Source: Solirubrobacterales bacterium (GTDB lineage: Bacteria > Actinomycetota > Thermoleophilia > Solirubrobacterales > 70-9). From it: a stretch of 44,087 nucleotides of DNA. Where the stretch lies: contig JBQCIG010000256.1 in the NCBI GenBank assembly GCA_051953975.1, forward strand, positions 1 to 44,087, written 5' to 3'. A program made the translations under genes and the position numbers. Under the pieces are notes generated by a model. It did no database searches. It saw only the letters and a program-made list of their open reading frames with translations, and had not been told where the DNA came from. Of this stretch, positions 24,167 to 33,877 are shown in pieces. The stretch's first letter is position 1. Each line of letters opens with the position of its first letter.

Positions 24167-25498
24167 GTGCAGAGTTCGAGAAACGGCAGAACGGCCCAGA
24201 CCCGCTACGGCGGGACGGGCAACGGTGCCGGGGCCTCGAACCGGCGTGCGCGCCAGCGGGCGCTGGCGATCGGCATCGTCGACGGGCGCACCGAGGGGGA
24301 GCCGCTGGCGGAGCTGAAGGAGCTGTTGCGCACCGCCGGCGTCGCCACCGTCGGTGAGGCGACCCAGCAACGCCCGCAGCCCGACCCCGACCGCTACTTC
24401 GGCCGCGGCCGGCTCGAGGAGGTGAAACGGGAGATCAAGGCGGCGGGGGCCAACCTGGTCGCCTGCGACGACGAACTGGCGCCGCGCCAGGAGCGCAACC
24501 TCGAGGCGGCGCTGGGGGTGCCGGTGATCGACCGCACCGCGGTGATCCTCGACATCTTCGCTGACCATGCCCACTCGGCCGAGGGCAAGCTGCAGGTCGA
24601 GCTGGCCCAGCTCGAATACAACATGGCCCGCATGCGGGGCCTCTGGACCCACCTCGAGCGCCTCGGCGCCGGCCGCATCGACGGCGGCATCGGCACCAGG
24701 GGCCCGGGCGAGAGCCAGATCGAGACCGACCGCCGCCTCGCCCGCAACCGGATCGCCGCCCTGCGCCGCCGCCTCGACCGGCTCGAGCGCAACCGCGGCG
24801 TGATGCGGGCCCGCCGCGAGCGCTCCTCGCTGCCGCGCGTTGCCCTCGCCGGCTACACCAACGCCGGCAAGTCGACGCTGCTGAACGCGCTGACCGGGGC
24901 CGAGGTCGAGGTCCGCGACCGCCTCTTCCACACCCTCGACCCGACCACCCGCACCTTCGAGCTCTCCGGTCGCGACTACCTGCTGACCGACACCGTCGGC
25001 TTCATCGAGAAGCTCCCCCACCAGCTGGTCGAGGCGTTCAAGGCGACCCTGGAGGAGACGGTGCTGGCCGACCTGATCCTCCACGTCGTCGACGCCTCGG
25101 CGCCGGAGGAGCGGCGGCTGGCCGCGATGCAGGCGGTCGACGAGGTGCTAGAGGAGATCGGCGCTGGCGACAAGCCACGGCTGCTCGTCTTCAACAAGGT
25201 CGACATGCTGAGCGAGGCGGAGCGGCGCGAAAGCGCCCTCGACCACCCCGAGGCGGTGCTGATCTCGGCTCAGGAGGCGCGGGGCCTGGACGAGTTGCGC
25301 GAGCGCATTGAGGCCGCCTTCGCGGAGACGCTGACCGAGGTCGCGCTGCTGATCCCCTATTCGCAGAGCGGCCGGTTGCACGAGCTGCACGAGGTCGCCG
25401 GGGATCTCGAGCGGACCGACCGAGCAGATGGGGTGCTGGTTCATGCCAAGGTGCCGGCGGCCGAGATGCACCGCTTCAGCGACCTCGCGGTCGCATAA
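24167..25498 (+). CDS. hflX: GTPase HflX
   Basis: HflX N-terminal domain (LEEVKREIKAAGANLVACDDELAPRQERNLE, GPGESQIETDRR). G1 motif GYTNAGKSTL, then DTVGF and NKVD. The start is uncertain; GTG 24167 leaves almost no divergent intergenic space. Confidence 0.9.
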   Translation: MQSSRNGRTAQTRYGGTGNGAGASNRRARQRALAIGIVDGRTEGEPLAELKELLRTAGVATVGEATQQRPQPDPDRYFGRGRLEEVKREIKAAGANLVACDDELAPRQERNLEAALGVPVIDRTAVILDIFADHAHSAEGKLQVELAQLEYNMARMRGLWTHLERLGAGRIDGGIGTRGPGESQIETDRRLARNRIAALRRRLDRLERNRGVMRARRERSSLPRVALAGYTNAGKSTLLNALTGAEVEVRDRLFHTLDPTTRTFELSGRDYLLTDTVGFIEKLPHQLVEAFKATLEETVLADLILHVVDASAPEERRLAAMQAVDEVLEEIGAGDKPRLLVFNKVDMLSEAERRESALDHPEAVLISAQEARGLDELRERIEAAFAETLTEVALLIPYSQSGRLHELHEVAGDLERTDRADGVLVHAKVPAAEMHRFSDLAVA

Positions 25499-25508
25499 GC
25501 TGCCGCGC

Positions 25509-25940
25509 GTGCAGCTTCCTGTTGCCAAGCTGAAAGAGGGGGCGGTGCTGCCGACCCGCGCGCATGACGGAGATGCCGGGCTGGATCTGTACGCCTGCGA
25601 GGAGGCGCATGTCGGGCCGGGGGAGCGGTGGAGCGTGGGGACGGGGGTGGCGGTGGAGATCCCGGCGGGGCACGCCGGGCTCGTCCTGCCGCGCTCGGGG
25701 CTGGCGCGCGAGCACGGCATCGCCCTCGTCAACGCCCCTGGGCTGATCGACGCCGGCTACCGCGGCGAAGTGCGGGTGCTGCTGCTCAACACCGACCCCG
25801 CCGAGACCTTCCGGGTGCAGCCGGGCGACCGCATCGCCCAGCTCGTGCTGACGCCGATCGCCGCCGCCGAGCCGGTCGTGGCGGCGGCGCTGAGCGAGTC
25901 GACTCGCGGCGAGGGCGGCTTCGGCTCCAGCGGTCGCTGA
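25509..25940 (+). CDS. dut: dUTP diphosphatase
   Basis: LPTRAHDGDAGLDL, PRSGLA, GLIDAGYRGE and RGEGGFGSSGR motifs. GTG 25509 within ORF 25428..25940. Confidence 0.9.
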   Translation: MQLPVAKLKEGAVLPTRAHDGDAGLDLYACEEAHVGPGERWSVGTGVAVEIPAGHAGLVLPRSGLAREHGIALVNAPGLIDAGYRGEVRVLLLNTDPAETFRVQPGDRIAQLVLTPIAAAEPVVAAALSESTRGEGGFGSSGR

Positions 25941-25945
25941 TCGGG

Positions 25946-26992
25946 ATGTCGCGCCTGCTGGAGAGCCTGGCGCGACCGATCGTCCAGGCGCCGATGGGCG
26001 GCGGCCCCTCGACCCCGGAGCTGGCTGCGGCTGTCGCGGGCGCCGGCGGACTCGGCTTCCTCGCTGCCGGTTACAAGAGCGCGTGGGCGCTGGCGGCCGA
26101 CGTCGCGGCGACCCGGGCGCTGAGCGACCGCTTCGGGGTCAACCTCTTCGTCCCCGGCCCGCGGGCGGATCCGGAGGCCTATGCGCCATACGTCGAGCGG
26201 CTGCGCGCGGACGCCGATCGCCTCGGCGCCGAGGTCGGGGAGGCACGCTGGAGCGACGATGAGTGGGGGGCGAAGCTGGAGCTGCTGCGAAGCGAGCCGG
26301 TGGCGGTCGTCTCCTTCACCTTCGGCTGCCCGGAGGCGGCCGTCGTCGCGGCGGTGAAGGAGGCGGGCAGCGAGGCCTGGATCACCGTCACCACGCCCGC
26401 CGAGGCGCGGACGGCGGCCGCCGCGGGAGCGGACGCGCTGATCGTGCAGGGGCACGAGGCCGGCGCCCATCAGGGGACTTTCGACGACGCCGGCGCGGGG
26501 GAGGCCCTTGGCCTGTTGGCGCTGTTGCAGCTGGTCGCCGCGGAGACCGAGTTGCCGCTGATCGCTTCGGGCGGGATCGCCACCGGGGCCGGACTTGCCG
26601 CGGTTCTGGCGGCGGGGGCGAGGGCCGCGCAGATCGGCACCGCCTTCCTCCTCTGCCCGGAGGCCGGGACCTCGGAGCCGCACCGTCGTGCGGTCGCCAC
26701 TGGCGGCGCGACCGAGCTGACTCGCGCCTTCACGGGCCGGCGCGCCCGCGGCATCGTCAACCGCTTCCTCCGCGAGCATCCGCAGGCGCCGTCGGCCTAC
26801 CCGGAGGTCCACTACGCGACCGCGCCGATCCGCGCTGCGGCGCGCCAGCAGGGCGATGCCGAGGCGATCAACCTCTGGGCCGGACAGGCGCACGCGCTGG
26901 CGCGGGAAGAGCCCGCCGCCGAGGTCCTCGCCAGGCTCGACCGCGAGGCTCGTCAGGCGCTCGAGGCCGCCGCCCGCCGCGCCGATTCGTGA
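25946..26992 (+). CDS. Nitronate monooxygenase family (NMO/FabK-like FMN oxidoreductase)
   Basis: IVQAPMGGGPSTPELAAAVAGAGGLGFLAAGY, then ALIVQGHEAGAHQG, then ASGGIATG. ATG 25946 within the long ORF 25628..26992. Confidence 0.8.
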   Translation: MSRLLESLARPIVQAPMGGGPSTPELAAAVAGAGGLGFLAAGYKSAWALAADVAATRALSDRFGVNLFVPGPRADPEAYAPYVERLRADADRLGAEVGEARWSDDEWGAKLELLRSEPVAVVSFTFGCPEAAVVAAVKEAGSEAWITVTTPAEARTAAAAGADALIVQGHEAGAHQGTFDDAGAGEALGLLALLQLVAAETELPLIASGGIATGAGLAAVLAAGARAAQIGTAFLLCPEAGTSEPHRRAVATGGATELTRAFTGRRARGIVNRFLREHPQAPSAYPEVHYATAPIRAAARQQGDAEAINLWAGQAHALAREEPAAEVLARLDREARQALEAAARRADS

Positions 26993-27696
26993 GCGGCCGC
27001 CTCGAGTTCGTCGGGCAGCGGCTCGAGCTCGGGGCGGGTGCCGTAGCGACGCTCCAGCGCCAGGGCGATCAGGTGGTCGGCCAGCCAGGCATTCTTCGGC
27101 AGCAGCGGTCCATGTAGGTAGGTGCCGATCAGGTTGCCGCGGTGGACGCCCTCATAGCCGTCGCGGTCGTTGTTGCCGTGGCCGGAGACGACGCGGCCGA
27201 GGGGCTGGGCGCCCGATCCCAGATAGGTGCGCCCGCCGTGGTTCTCGAAGCCGGCGATCAGCTTCGGCCCGGCGCCGAGGTCGGTCTCGATCACGACGTT
27301 GCCGATCAGCCGCGGCCCCGGCTCGCGCACGGTCTCCAGGTCGGCGATCCCCAGCCCCGGCAGTGTCTCCTCGCCGAGCTGATAGCTGTGGCCGAGCAGC
27401 TGGTAGCCGCCGCAGACCGCCAGCAGGACGGCGCCGTCGTCGGCTGCCGCGCCGATCGCCTCGCGCTTGGTCGCGACCATGTCGGCGGCGACGGCGATCT
27501 GGTCGCGGTCCTGGCCGCCGCCGATGTAGAAAATGTCGTGGACAGTGGGGTCGAAGCTCTCGCCGGGGCCAGCGCCGCTGTGGACGAAGCCGATCCCGCG
27601 CCACTCGCAGCGCCGCTGCAGGAAGAGGATGTTGCCGCGGTCGGCGTAGATGTTCATCTGGTCGGGATAGAGGGAGAGGACGCGCAGCTCCATCAC
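26953..27696 (-). CDS. gatD: Lipid II isoglutaminyl synthase, glutaminase subunit (CobQ/CobB-type GATase)
   Basis: LSLYPDQMNIYADRGN, AVCGGYQLLG (nucleophile Cys) and GTYLHGPLLPKN. AAGGAGG RBS. The start is GTG 27696 or ATG 27693, overlapping the upstream stop. Confidence 0.85.
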   Translation of the reverse strand: MMELRVLSLYPDQMNIYADRGNILFLQRRCEWRGIGFVHSGAGPGESFDPTVHDIFYIGGGQDRDQIAVAADMVATKREAIGAAADDGAVLLAVCGGYQLLGHSYQLGEETLPGLGIADLETVREPGPRLIGNVVIETDLGAGPKLIAGFENHGGRTYLGSGAQPLGRVVSGHGNNDRDGYEGVHRGNLIGTYLHGPLLPKNAWLADHLIALALERRYGTRPELEPLPDELEAAAHESARRAAASSA

Positions 27697-28415
27697 GGCC
27701 TCCTTTCCAACAGGACGACGGTCGAGCCGACGTGGTCTTCGGTCTCCCGGATCAGGCGCCGTCCAGCAGGGACGAACCCAGCCGGCGCCGCCTCGGCCTC
27801 CAGCTCCTCGGGATCGATGACCAGTAGCTGCACCTCATCGAACTCGGTGCTGAGATCGCCCGCCGGAGAGACGGTTTCCCGGGTTCGTCGCAGCCTCAGC
27901 CGTCGCCCGACCAGCCCGATCCCGGTGGGGCGGCTGGAGTAGACCCAGCCGTCTACCTCGCGCACGTCCGGCAGCGGCGGAAGGCCAACTTGGTGCCTTG
28001 GCAGGCGCGCCACGAGCGCGGCGGCGAGCAGGCCGCCGGGTCGCAGGGCAGCGGCTATCCGGCGCAGACAGCGCACCCGAGACTCGGAGCTACGCAACAA
28101 CTGCAGGAACTGCATCGGCGCCAGCACCAGACCCGCGGCGTCGGTCAGGTCGAGGTCGAGCGCGTCGACGCAGATCGGCTCGACGGGAAGGTCTCCGGCG
28201 CGCTCGGCCAGCTCCAGGATCAAGTCGTAGTCGCGATCGACGCCGATCACCCGGTGTCCGCGTCGGGCCAGGTGCAACGCCACGCGCCCGGTCCCGCAGC
28301 CGAGCTCCAGCACCGGGCCGCCGTGCCGCTCGGCCAGCTCCTCCCAGAGCGGCAGGTCAGCCTCGTAGCTGCCGCACTCGACGTCGTGCCAGATCGCCGT
28401 CGTGGCGTCACTCAT
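27693..28415 (-). CDS. Class I SAM-dependent methyltransferase inserted between murT and gatD
   Basis: Motif I VLELGCGTGRVALHL, then VIGVDRD. ATGA overlap with the murT stop (28415-28412). Its stop overlaps the gatD start. Confidence 0.75.
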   Translation of the reverse strand: MSDATTAIWHDVECGSYEADLPLWEELAERHGGPVLELGCGTGRVALHLARRGHRVIGVDRDYDLILELAERAGDLPVEPICVDALDLDLTDAAGLVLAPMQFLQLLRSSESRVRCLRRIAAALRPGGLLAAALVARLPRHQVGLPPLPDVREVDGWVYSSRPTGIGLVGRRLRLRRTRETVSPAGDLSTEFDEVQLLVIDPEELEAEAAPAGFVPAGRRLIRETEDHVGSTVVLLERRP

Positions 28416-29806
28416 CGCCAGAAGTCCTTCGCCAGCCCGCGATCGGCGAGCAGCTTGCGCAGCTCCAGCAGGGCGGTGTAGGTGGGGAGGGCGAAGAGGC
28501 GGCCCTGCGCACCCTCCACAGCCGCATCGAGGGAGGCCGCGATCCCCGGCACGACCTCGATCGCCCCCTCCGGCCAACCCGCGTACTTCAGCCGCAGCGC
28601 CATCTCCGGCGCCCTGGTGCCGCTGCAGACGACGCGCCTGACGCCGCCGGCGAGCAGCTCGAAGTCGGCATCCCAGATCCAGGAGATGTCGCGGCCGTCG
28701 GCGATGCGGTCGTTGAGGGCGAGCCAGAGGTCGATCCCCTCGCCCTCACGGCTCTCCAGCATCAGCGTCCGCAGCACCTCGTTGGCGCCGGCCGGGTTCT
28801 TGATCAGCAGGATCGAGACCGGGGTGCCGCCGACCTCGATCGTCTCGACCCGGCCGAAGGCGGCGCGTAGCTCGCCCAGCGCCGCGGCGATCCGCTCCGG
28901 CGCGACGCCCAGCTCGATCCCCGCGGTCACAGCGGCCAGCGCGTTGTAGACGTTGTAGAGACCGGGCAGCGGCAGCTCAAGCCGGATCTCGCCCGCGGGA
29001 GTGCGGACCGTCACCGCCGAGCCCTCCATCCCGTGCAGCTCGATCGCCGTCGCCGCCACCTCCGGCTCGGGCCGCTCGGCGCCGCAGTTCGGGCACGAGT
29101 AGTGGCCGAGGTGGCCGACGAAGGCGCGCGCGTAGGCATAGGGATGGCCGCAGCGGCGGCAGTGCTTGGCGTCGAAGGCGTGCTGCAGCTCCGGCAGCGC
29201 CTGCGAGGCATCCTCGATCCCGAAGTAGGCGACGCCTTCGCGTCGCTCCCCGGCGGCGTCGCGGCCAAGGTCGGCGATCAGCGGATCGTCGGCGTTGAGC
29301 GCGAAGCGGGTCCGACCGCTGCGCGCCGCCACCGTCTTCGCCCACTCCTCGGCCAGCGCCTCCATCTCGCCGTAGCGGTCGAGCTGGTCGCGGAAGAGGT
29401 TGCCGAGCACGATCAGGGAGGGGTCGAGCTGCTCGGCCACCCGCGGCAGCCAGGCCTCGTCGACCTCGAAGAGCCCCTCCTCGCCGCGTTGCTCGAGCAG
29501 CGCCGTCGCCACCCCCCAGGTCATGTTGGAGCCGGCGTGGTTGTGGACCGGGCGGCGGCCGTCGGCGGCGAGCAGCGCCGCGATCATCCCCGCCGTCGTC
29601 GTCTTGCCGTTGGTGGCGCTGACGATCGTGGTGCCGCGGTCGAGGCCGGCCCCCAGCCGCGCGATCGCCTCCGGCTCCAGCCGCAGCAGCACCCGCCCGG
29701 GCAGGGTCGTGCCGCCGCCGCGGCCGCTGGCCCGGCTGGCGGCGCCGATCGCCCGCGAGAGCGCGAGCTTGGCGCCGAAGAGGGGGGAGGCACCGTTCGA
29801 GGCCAT
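28412..29806 (-). CDS. murT: Lipid II isoglutaminyl synthase, Mur-ligase-like subunit
   Basis: Mur ligase P-loop SATNGKTTTAGM, Cys4 ribbon CRRCGHPYAY...YSCPNCG, and a C-terminal MurT-specific domain. ATG 29806 overlaps the upstream TGA (ATGA). Confidence 0.88.
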   Translation of the reverse strand: MASNGASPLFGAKLALSRAIGAASRASGRGGGTTLPGRVLLRLEPEAIARLGAGLDRGTTIVSATNGKTTTAGMIAALLAADGRRPVHNHAGSNMTWGVATALLEQRGEEGLFEVDEAWLPRVAEQLDPSLIVLGNLFRDQLDRYGEMEALAEEWAKTVAARSGRTRFALNADDPLIADLGRDAAGERREGVAYFGIEDASQALPELQHAFDAKHCRRCGHPYAYARAFVGHLGHYSCPNCGAERPEPEVAATAIELHGMEGSAVTVRTPAGEIRLELPLPGLYNVYNALAAVTAGIELGVAPERIAAALGELRAAFGRVETIEVGGTPVSILLIKNPAGANEVLRTLMLESREGEGIDLWLALNDRIADGRDISWIWDADFELLAGGVRRVVCSGTRAPEMALRLKYAGWPEGAIEVVPGIAASLDAAVEGAQGRLFALPTYTALLELRKLLADRGLAKDFWR

Positions 29807-30702
29807 CAGCCCTCCTCGCCGGCGGGGACGAGGATCGAGAGCGCGCGCGGCAGCACCCGCAGCGAGACCGGCAGGTCGGTCAGGTGGTCGCCGTCGGCGT
29901 AGACGGGGAAGGGGCGGCTGGCGTCGATCTGCAGGCGCGGCGCCCGGAAAACGCTGACCTCCTCCTTGTCCAGGTGGGCCCCCCTGAGCACGTCGCGCAG
30001 GCCCCAGAGGAAGCGCAGCTTGCCGACCTCTTCGATCGCGACCACGTCGAAGAGGCCGTCGTCGATCTCGGCCTCGGGGGCGATCCACATGCCGCCGCCG
30101 TAGACGCTGTTGTTGGCGACGGCGACGAAGTAGCCGGTCAGCCGCTTGCGCTCCTCGCCGACCGCGATCGTGAAGCGAGCCGAGCGCCAGCCGATCAGCG
30201 TGCGCGGCATCGAGTAGGCGTAGACGAGGTTGCCATGGAGGAAATGGGTTTCGTTGGCGAGACGGTTGCATTCGGAGTCGAAGCCGACGCTGGCGATGCC
30301 GAGGAAGCGCTTGCCGTTGGCCTCGCCGACGTCGATCCGGCGGCTGCGGCCGTCGAGGACGGCGGCGACCGCTGCCTCGGACTCGGTCGGGATGCCAAGG
30401 GCGCGGGCGAGGTCGTTGCCACGGCCGGCCGGGACCAGGCCGAGGGGGGCGTCCGAGCCCGCCATCGCGCCGCCGACGGCGCCCAGCAATCCGTCGCCGC
30501 CGACCACGACCGGCACCTCGCCCAGCTCCGTCGCCGCCAGCGCCAGCTCGGCGCCGTGCTCGAGGCTGCGGGTCCTCTCGACCCGGAAGACGGCGCGGCG
30601 GTCGTCGAGCGCGGCCTCGATCCGCGGCAGCAGCTTCAAGCTCCTGCCTCCCGCCGAGGAGGGGTTGACGAGCAGGGTCAGCGGCGTCCCGGCGATCTCC
30701 AT
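29806..30702 (-). CDS. Diacylglycerol kinase-family lipid kinase (YegS/BmrU-like)
   Basis: LLVNPSSAGG, VVVGGDGLLGAVGG and PAGRGNDLARALG motifs of the DAGK catalytic domain. Confidence 0.8.
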   Translation of the reverse strand: MEIAGTPLTLLVNPSSAGGRSLKLLPRIEAALDDRRAVFRVERTRSLEHGAELALAATELGEVPVVVGGDGLLGAVGGAMAGSDAPLGLVPAGRGNDLARALGIPTESEAAVAAVLDGRSRRIDVGEANGKRFLGIASVGFDSECNRLANETHFLHGNLVYAYSMPRTLIGWRSARFTIAVGEERKRLTGYFVAVANNSVYGGGMWIAPEAEIDDGLFDVVAIEEVGKLRFLWGLRDVLRGAHLDKEEVSVFRAPRLQIDASRPFPVYADGDHLTDLPVSLRVLPRALSILVPAGEEG

Positions 30703-30714
30703 TCGCGCCTCAGC

Positions 30715-31224
30715 CTAGAGGGAGCGCACCGCCGGTCTACCCCCGCGCAGGCGGGCGACAAAGAAGCTGCCGTCGCCGGCGCGCTCGGCCCAGATCGACT
30801 CGAAGCCGCGCCGCGCCAGCCGCCGGCGCAGAAGGCGACCGGCGAGGCCGGGCGGTGCCTGCGACGCGACCGTCGCCACCAGCGCCAGAAAGCCACCGGG
30901 GCGCACCACCCGCGCCGCCTCGACAACAGAAGGGCGGGCGTCGACGGCGGCGAGCAGGTCGAAGTGATCGTCGGGGAAGGGCAGCGCGCGAGAGTCGCCC
31001 TGCTTGAAGGCGACGCGGCCCTCGGGATCGAGCCCGACCCGGGCGGTGGCGTGGCGGACGGCCTCGGCGGAGGGATCGATCCCGCGCACGCGGGCGCTGG
31101 GGAACTCGCGAGCCAGGAACAACGCCCCCTCGCCGTCCCCGCATCGAACCTGCAGGATCCGTTCCGGCTCGCCGACGTGGAGGACCGCGGCGGCCAAAGG
31201 AGTGAGGAGGGGGGAGGAGGGCAC
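30715..31224 (-). CDS. Small class I methyltransferase-like protein (start uncertain)
   Basis: ILQVRCGDGEGALFLA is a degenerate motif I. It is followed by VRGIDPS, FDLLAAV and VVRPGGFLA. I chose GTG 31224, because longer versions overlap the divergent PPIase gene. Confidence 0.5.
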   Translation of the reverse strand: MPSSPLLTPLAAAVLHVGEPERILQVRCGDGEGALFLAREFPSARVRGIDPSAEAVRHATARVGLDPEGRVAFKQGDSRALPFPDDHFDLLAAVDARPSVVEAARVVRPGGFLALVATVASQAPPGLAGRLLRRRLARRGFESIWAERAGDGSFFVARLRGGRPAVRSL

Positions 31225-31282
31225 ACGCGGATCGTAAGCAGCAGCGGCTTTTCCTCGGCCCGTTGCATTAGGGTTCCGCGCC

Positions 31283-31981
31283 GTGGAGCAGGAGCAACAG
31301 CCGGATCGCCGTTGGATCATCCTCGCCGTCTTCGCGGCGATCGCGATCGTCGTCGTCGCGGCGATCCTGATCTCCCGCAGCGGGGGGTCGAGCGATTCGG
31401 GCTCCGGGGGCTCGACGACCGCGGAAAGCGCCAACGGCTGCAAGAAGGTCAAAGCGCCGCCGCCGAAGAACGTCAGCTTCAAGAAGCCGAAGCAGGTCCT
31501 GAAACCAGGCGAAGAAGCCACGGCCGTGGTGAAGACGAGCTGCGGCACCTTCGAGATCGCCCTCGACACCAAGCGGGCGCCGAAGACGGCAAACTCGTTC
31601 GCCTTCCTCGCCGAAGAAGGCTTCTACAACGACCTCACCTTCCACCGCGTCGTCCCCGGCTTCGTGATCCAGGGCGGCGATCCGGAAGGGACCGGCCTCG
31701 GCGGCCCCGGCTACACCGTCGATGAGAAGCCGCCGCCCAACCTCGCCTACACCAAAGGCATCGTCGCGATGGCGAAGAGCTCGGCCGATCCGCCCGGGCG
31801 CTCCGGCAGCCAGTTCTTCGTCGTCACCGGCCCCGACGCCGGCCTGCCGCCCGAATACGCCCTCGTCGGCAAGGTCAGCAAGGGCTTCGACGCCGTCACC
31901 AGGATCGAAAAGCTCGGCGGCCCGGAAGAAAAACCGAAACAGACCGTGCTGATCGAAGAAGTGACGATCGAACACGGTTAG
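31283..31981 (+). CDS. Cyclophilin-type peptidyl-prolyl cis-trans isomerase, membrane-anchored
   Basis: N-terminal TM segment (WIILAVFAAIAIVVVAAILI), then GTFEIALDTKRAPKTANSF, FHRVVPGFVIQGGDP, SQFFV. Confidence 0.88.
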   Translation: MEQEQQPDRRWIILAVFAAIAIVVVAAILISRSGGSSDSGSGGSTTAESANGCKKVKAPPPKNVSFKKPKQVLKPGEEATAVVKTSCGTFEIALDTKRAPKTANSFAFLAEEGFYNDLTFHRVVPGFVIQGGDPEGTGLGGPGYTVDEKPPPNLAYTKGIVAMAKSSADPPGRSGSQFFVVTGPDAGLPPEYALVGKVSKGFDAVTRIEKLGGPEEKPKQTVLIEEVTIEHG

Positions 31982-32003
31982 CCGCGCCGGGTAAGCTCGG
32001 CGG

Positions 32004-32456
32004 GTGGCCAAGCCGCAGCCAGGCGATCGCGCCCCCGACTTCGAGCTGCCCGGAACGGGCGGCAAGACCTACCGCCTCTCCGACTACCGCGGCCACAAAG
32101 TCATCCTCGCCTTCTATCCGGGCGATTTCACCATGGTCTGCACGAAGCAGTTCTGCTCCTACCGTGACGAAGGGGACCGCCTCGACGAGCTGGAGGCGGA
32201 GGTACTGGGGATCTCCGCCCAGTCGGTGGATTCGCACGAGCGCTTCACGAAGGAGAAGAGTCTTAACGTGCCGCTGCTCGCCGACGAGGACGGTGAGGTC
32301 GCGCGAGCCTACGGTGTCAAGGCGGGCCCGATGGTGCGGCGGGCGATCTTCATCGTCGATGAGGAGGGCATCGTCCGTTACAAGAAGGTGAGCCTGACCG
32401 GCCTCAGCTACGAGTCCGTCGAGGACCTCGAGCGGGCTCTCACCGCGGTCGCTTGA
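32004..32456 (+). CDS. bcp: Peroxiredoxin, Bcp/PrxQ type
   Basis: [42 protein letters not shown] (peroxidatic and resolving Cys spaced CxxxxC). Confidence 0.85.
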   Translation: MAKPQPGDRAPDFELPGTGGKTYRLSDYRGHKVILAFYPGDFTMVCTKQFCSYRDEGDRLDELEAEVLGISAQSVDSHERFTKEKSLNVPLLADEDGEVARAYGVKAGPMVRRAIFIVDEEGIVRYKKVSLTGLSYESVEDLERALTAVA

Positions 32457-33298
32457 CGCCGGCGGACGCGCGAGAGTTCGGCGTCGAGGGGCTGCCGCGC
32501 CTTTACGGGAAAGCGGTGGGGGAGGGGGCGCCGATCGTCCTCTGCCACGGAATCACCGCCACCAGGCGCTACGTCCTGCACGGCTCGAAGGCACTGCCGC
32601 GCGCCGGTTACGAAGTCGTCACTTACGACGCCCGCGGCCACGGGGAGTCCGACCCCGCCCCGGCGGGGGAGGGTTATGGATACCCGCAGCTGGTAGGTGA
32701 CCTTGCGCGGGTGGTCGACGCACGGCTCGGCGGCGCCAGGTTCGTGCTTGGCGGGCACTCGATGGGAGCGCACACGGCCGTGGCCTATGCGCTGCGGCAC
32801 CCGGGGCGCCTGGCAGGTCTGGTCGTGATCGGACCCGTCTACAGGGGAGAAATCCGTGAGGCCTCGCTGCGCTATTGGGACGGCTTGGCAACGGCGCTGG
32901 AGACGGGCGGGGTCGACGGCTTCGTCGCCTACATCGGCGAGCAGCAGGGGATCGACTCGCGCTGGCGCGATTCCGTCTTGCGCTTCACCCGCGAGCGGAT
33001 GTTGCTGCAGCGCCACCCGCAGGCGCTGGCTCAGGCCCTGCGGGAGGTGCCGCGCTCGCGTCCCTTCGGCTCGCTCGAGGAGCTGGCGGCGCTCGACGTT
33101 CCCGCGCTCGTCGTCGCCAGCAACGACGATGCCGACCCGGGTCATCCCTTCGAGGCGGCCGCGGCCTACGCGGAGGCGCTGCCGCGGGCGCGGCTGCTGA
33201 CCGAGGCCGAGGGAGAGTCCCCGCTAGCCTGGCAGGGTGGCAAGCTTTCGAGGGAGATCGCTGCCTTCTGTGAGGAAATTGGTCACCCGCGAGGCTGA
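32453..33298 (+). CDS. Alpha/beta-fold hydrolase
   Basis: IVLCHGITA, nucleophile elbow GHSMGA, and a late Asp/His region. TTGA overlap with the bcp stop. Confidence 0.75.
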   Translation: MTPADAREFGVEGLPRLYGKAVGEGAPIVLCHGITATRRYVLHGSKALPRAGYEVVTYDARGHGESDPAPAGEGYGYPQLVGDLARVVDARLGGARFVLGGHSMGAHTAVAYALRHPGRLAGLVVIGPVYRGEIREASLRYWDGLATALETGGVDGFVAYIGEQQGIDSRWRDSVLRFTRERMLLQRHPQALAQALREVPRSRPFGSLEELAALDVPALVVASNDDADPGHPFEAAAAYAEALPRARLLTEAEGESPLAWQGGKLSREIAAFCEEIGHPRG

Positions 33299-33343
33299 AG
33301 AACCAGTCAGCGTCGTTCAATCAAAGGCTCTATCTTCATATCG

Positions 33344-33817
33344 ATGAACTTCCCGAGCGAGGCAACCCTGAGGCGCATCATCGCCTTTATCGCGGCGCTC
33401 GGGATCGGGGTCGCTACCTACATCACGATCGCCGATTCCAGCGGGGGGTCGCCCGCCTGCCTCGCCGGCGGCGGCGGCTGCGAGACGGTCGCCAACAGCT
33501 CCTATTCGCACATCGCCGGCGTCAACATCGCCGTCTTCGGCATCGTCGGCTACATCCTGCTCCTGATCAGCGCCTTCTTCGCCAACGACGCGGCCCGCTT
33601 CGGCGGCTTCGCCGTCGCGCTCGGCGGCTTCGGGTTCAGCGTCTACCTGACCTACCTCGAGATCTTCAAGATCGAAGCGATCTGCCAGTGGTGCGTCTCC
33701 AGCGCGGTCTTGATGACGATCCTCTTCCTCCTCAATGCCACCCGGTTGATCGGATACGCGGGCACGAACGGGCCGGCGGTTCCAGAGCGGAGCAGGGGCG
33801 AGGCGGAAGCGGCATAG
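33344..33817 (+). CDS. Vitamin K epoxide reductase (VKOR) family membrane protein
   Basis: Four or more TM helices, a loop Cys pair (CLAGGGGC) and a membrane CXXC (ICQWCVSS). Confidence 0.8.
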   Translation: MNFPSEATLRRIIAFIAALGIGVATYITIADSSGGSPACLAGGGGCETVANSSYSHIAGVNIAVFGIVGYILLLISAFFANDAARFGGFAVALGGFGFSVYLTYLEIFKIEAICQWCVSSAVLMTILFLLNATRLIGYAGTNGPAVPERSRGEAEAA

Positions 33818-33877
33818 TCAGTGCCGGCCGCCGGGACGGCCGGGACAGCGACACGATCAACGACACAGGGAGGACCG

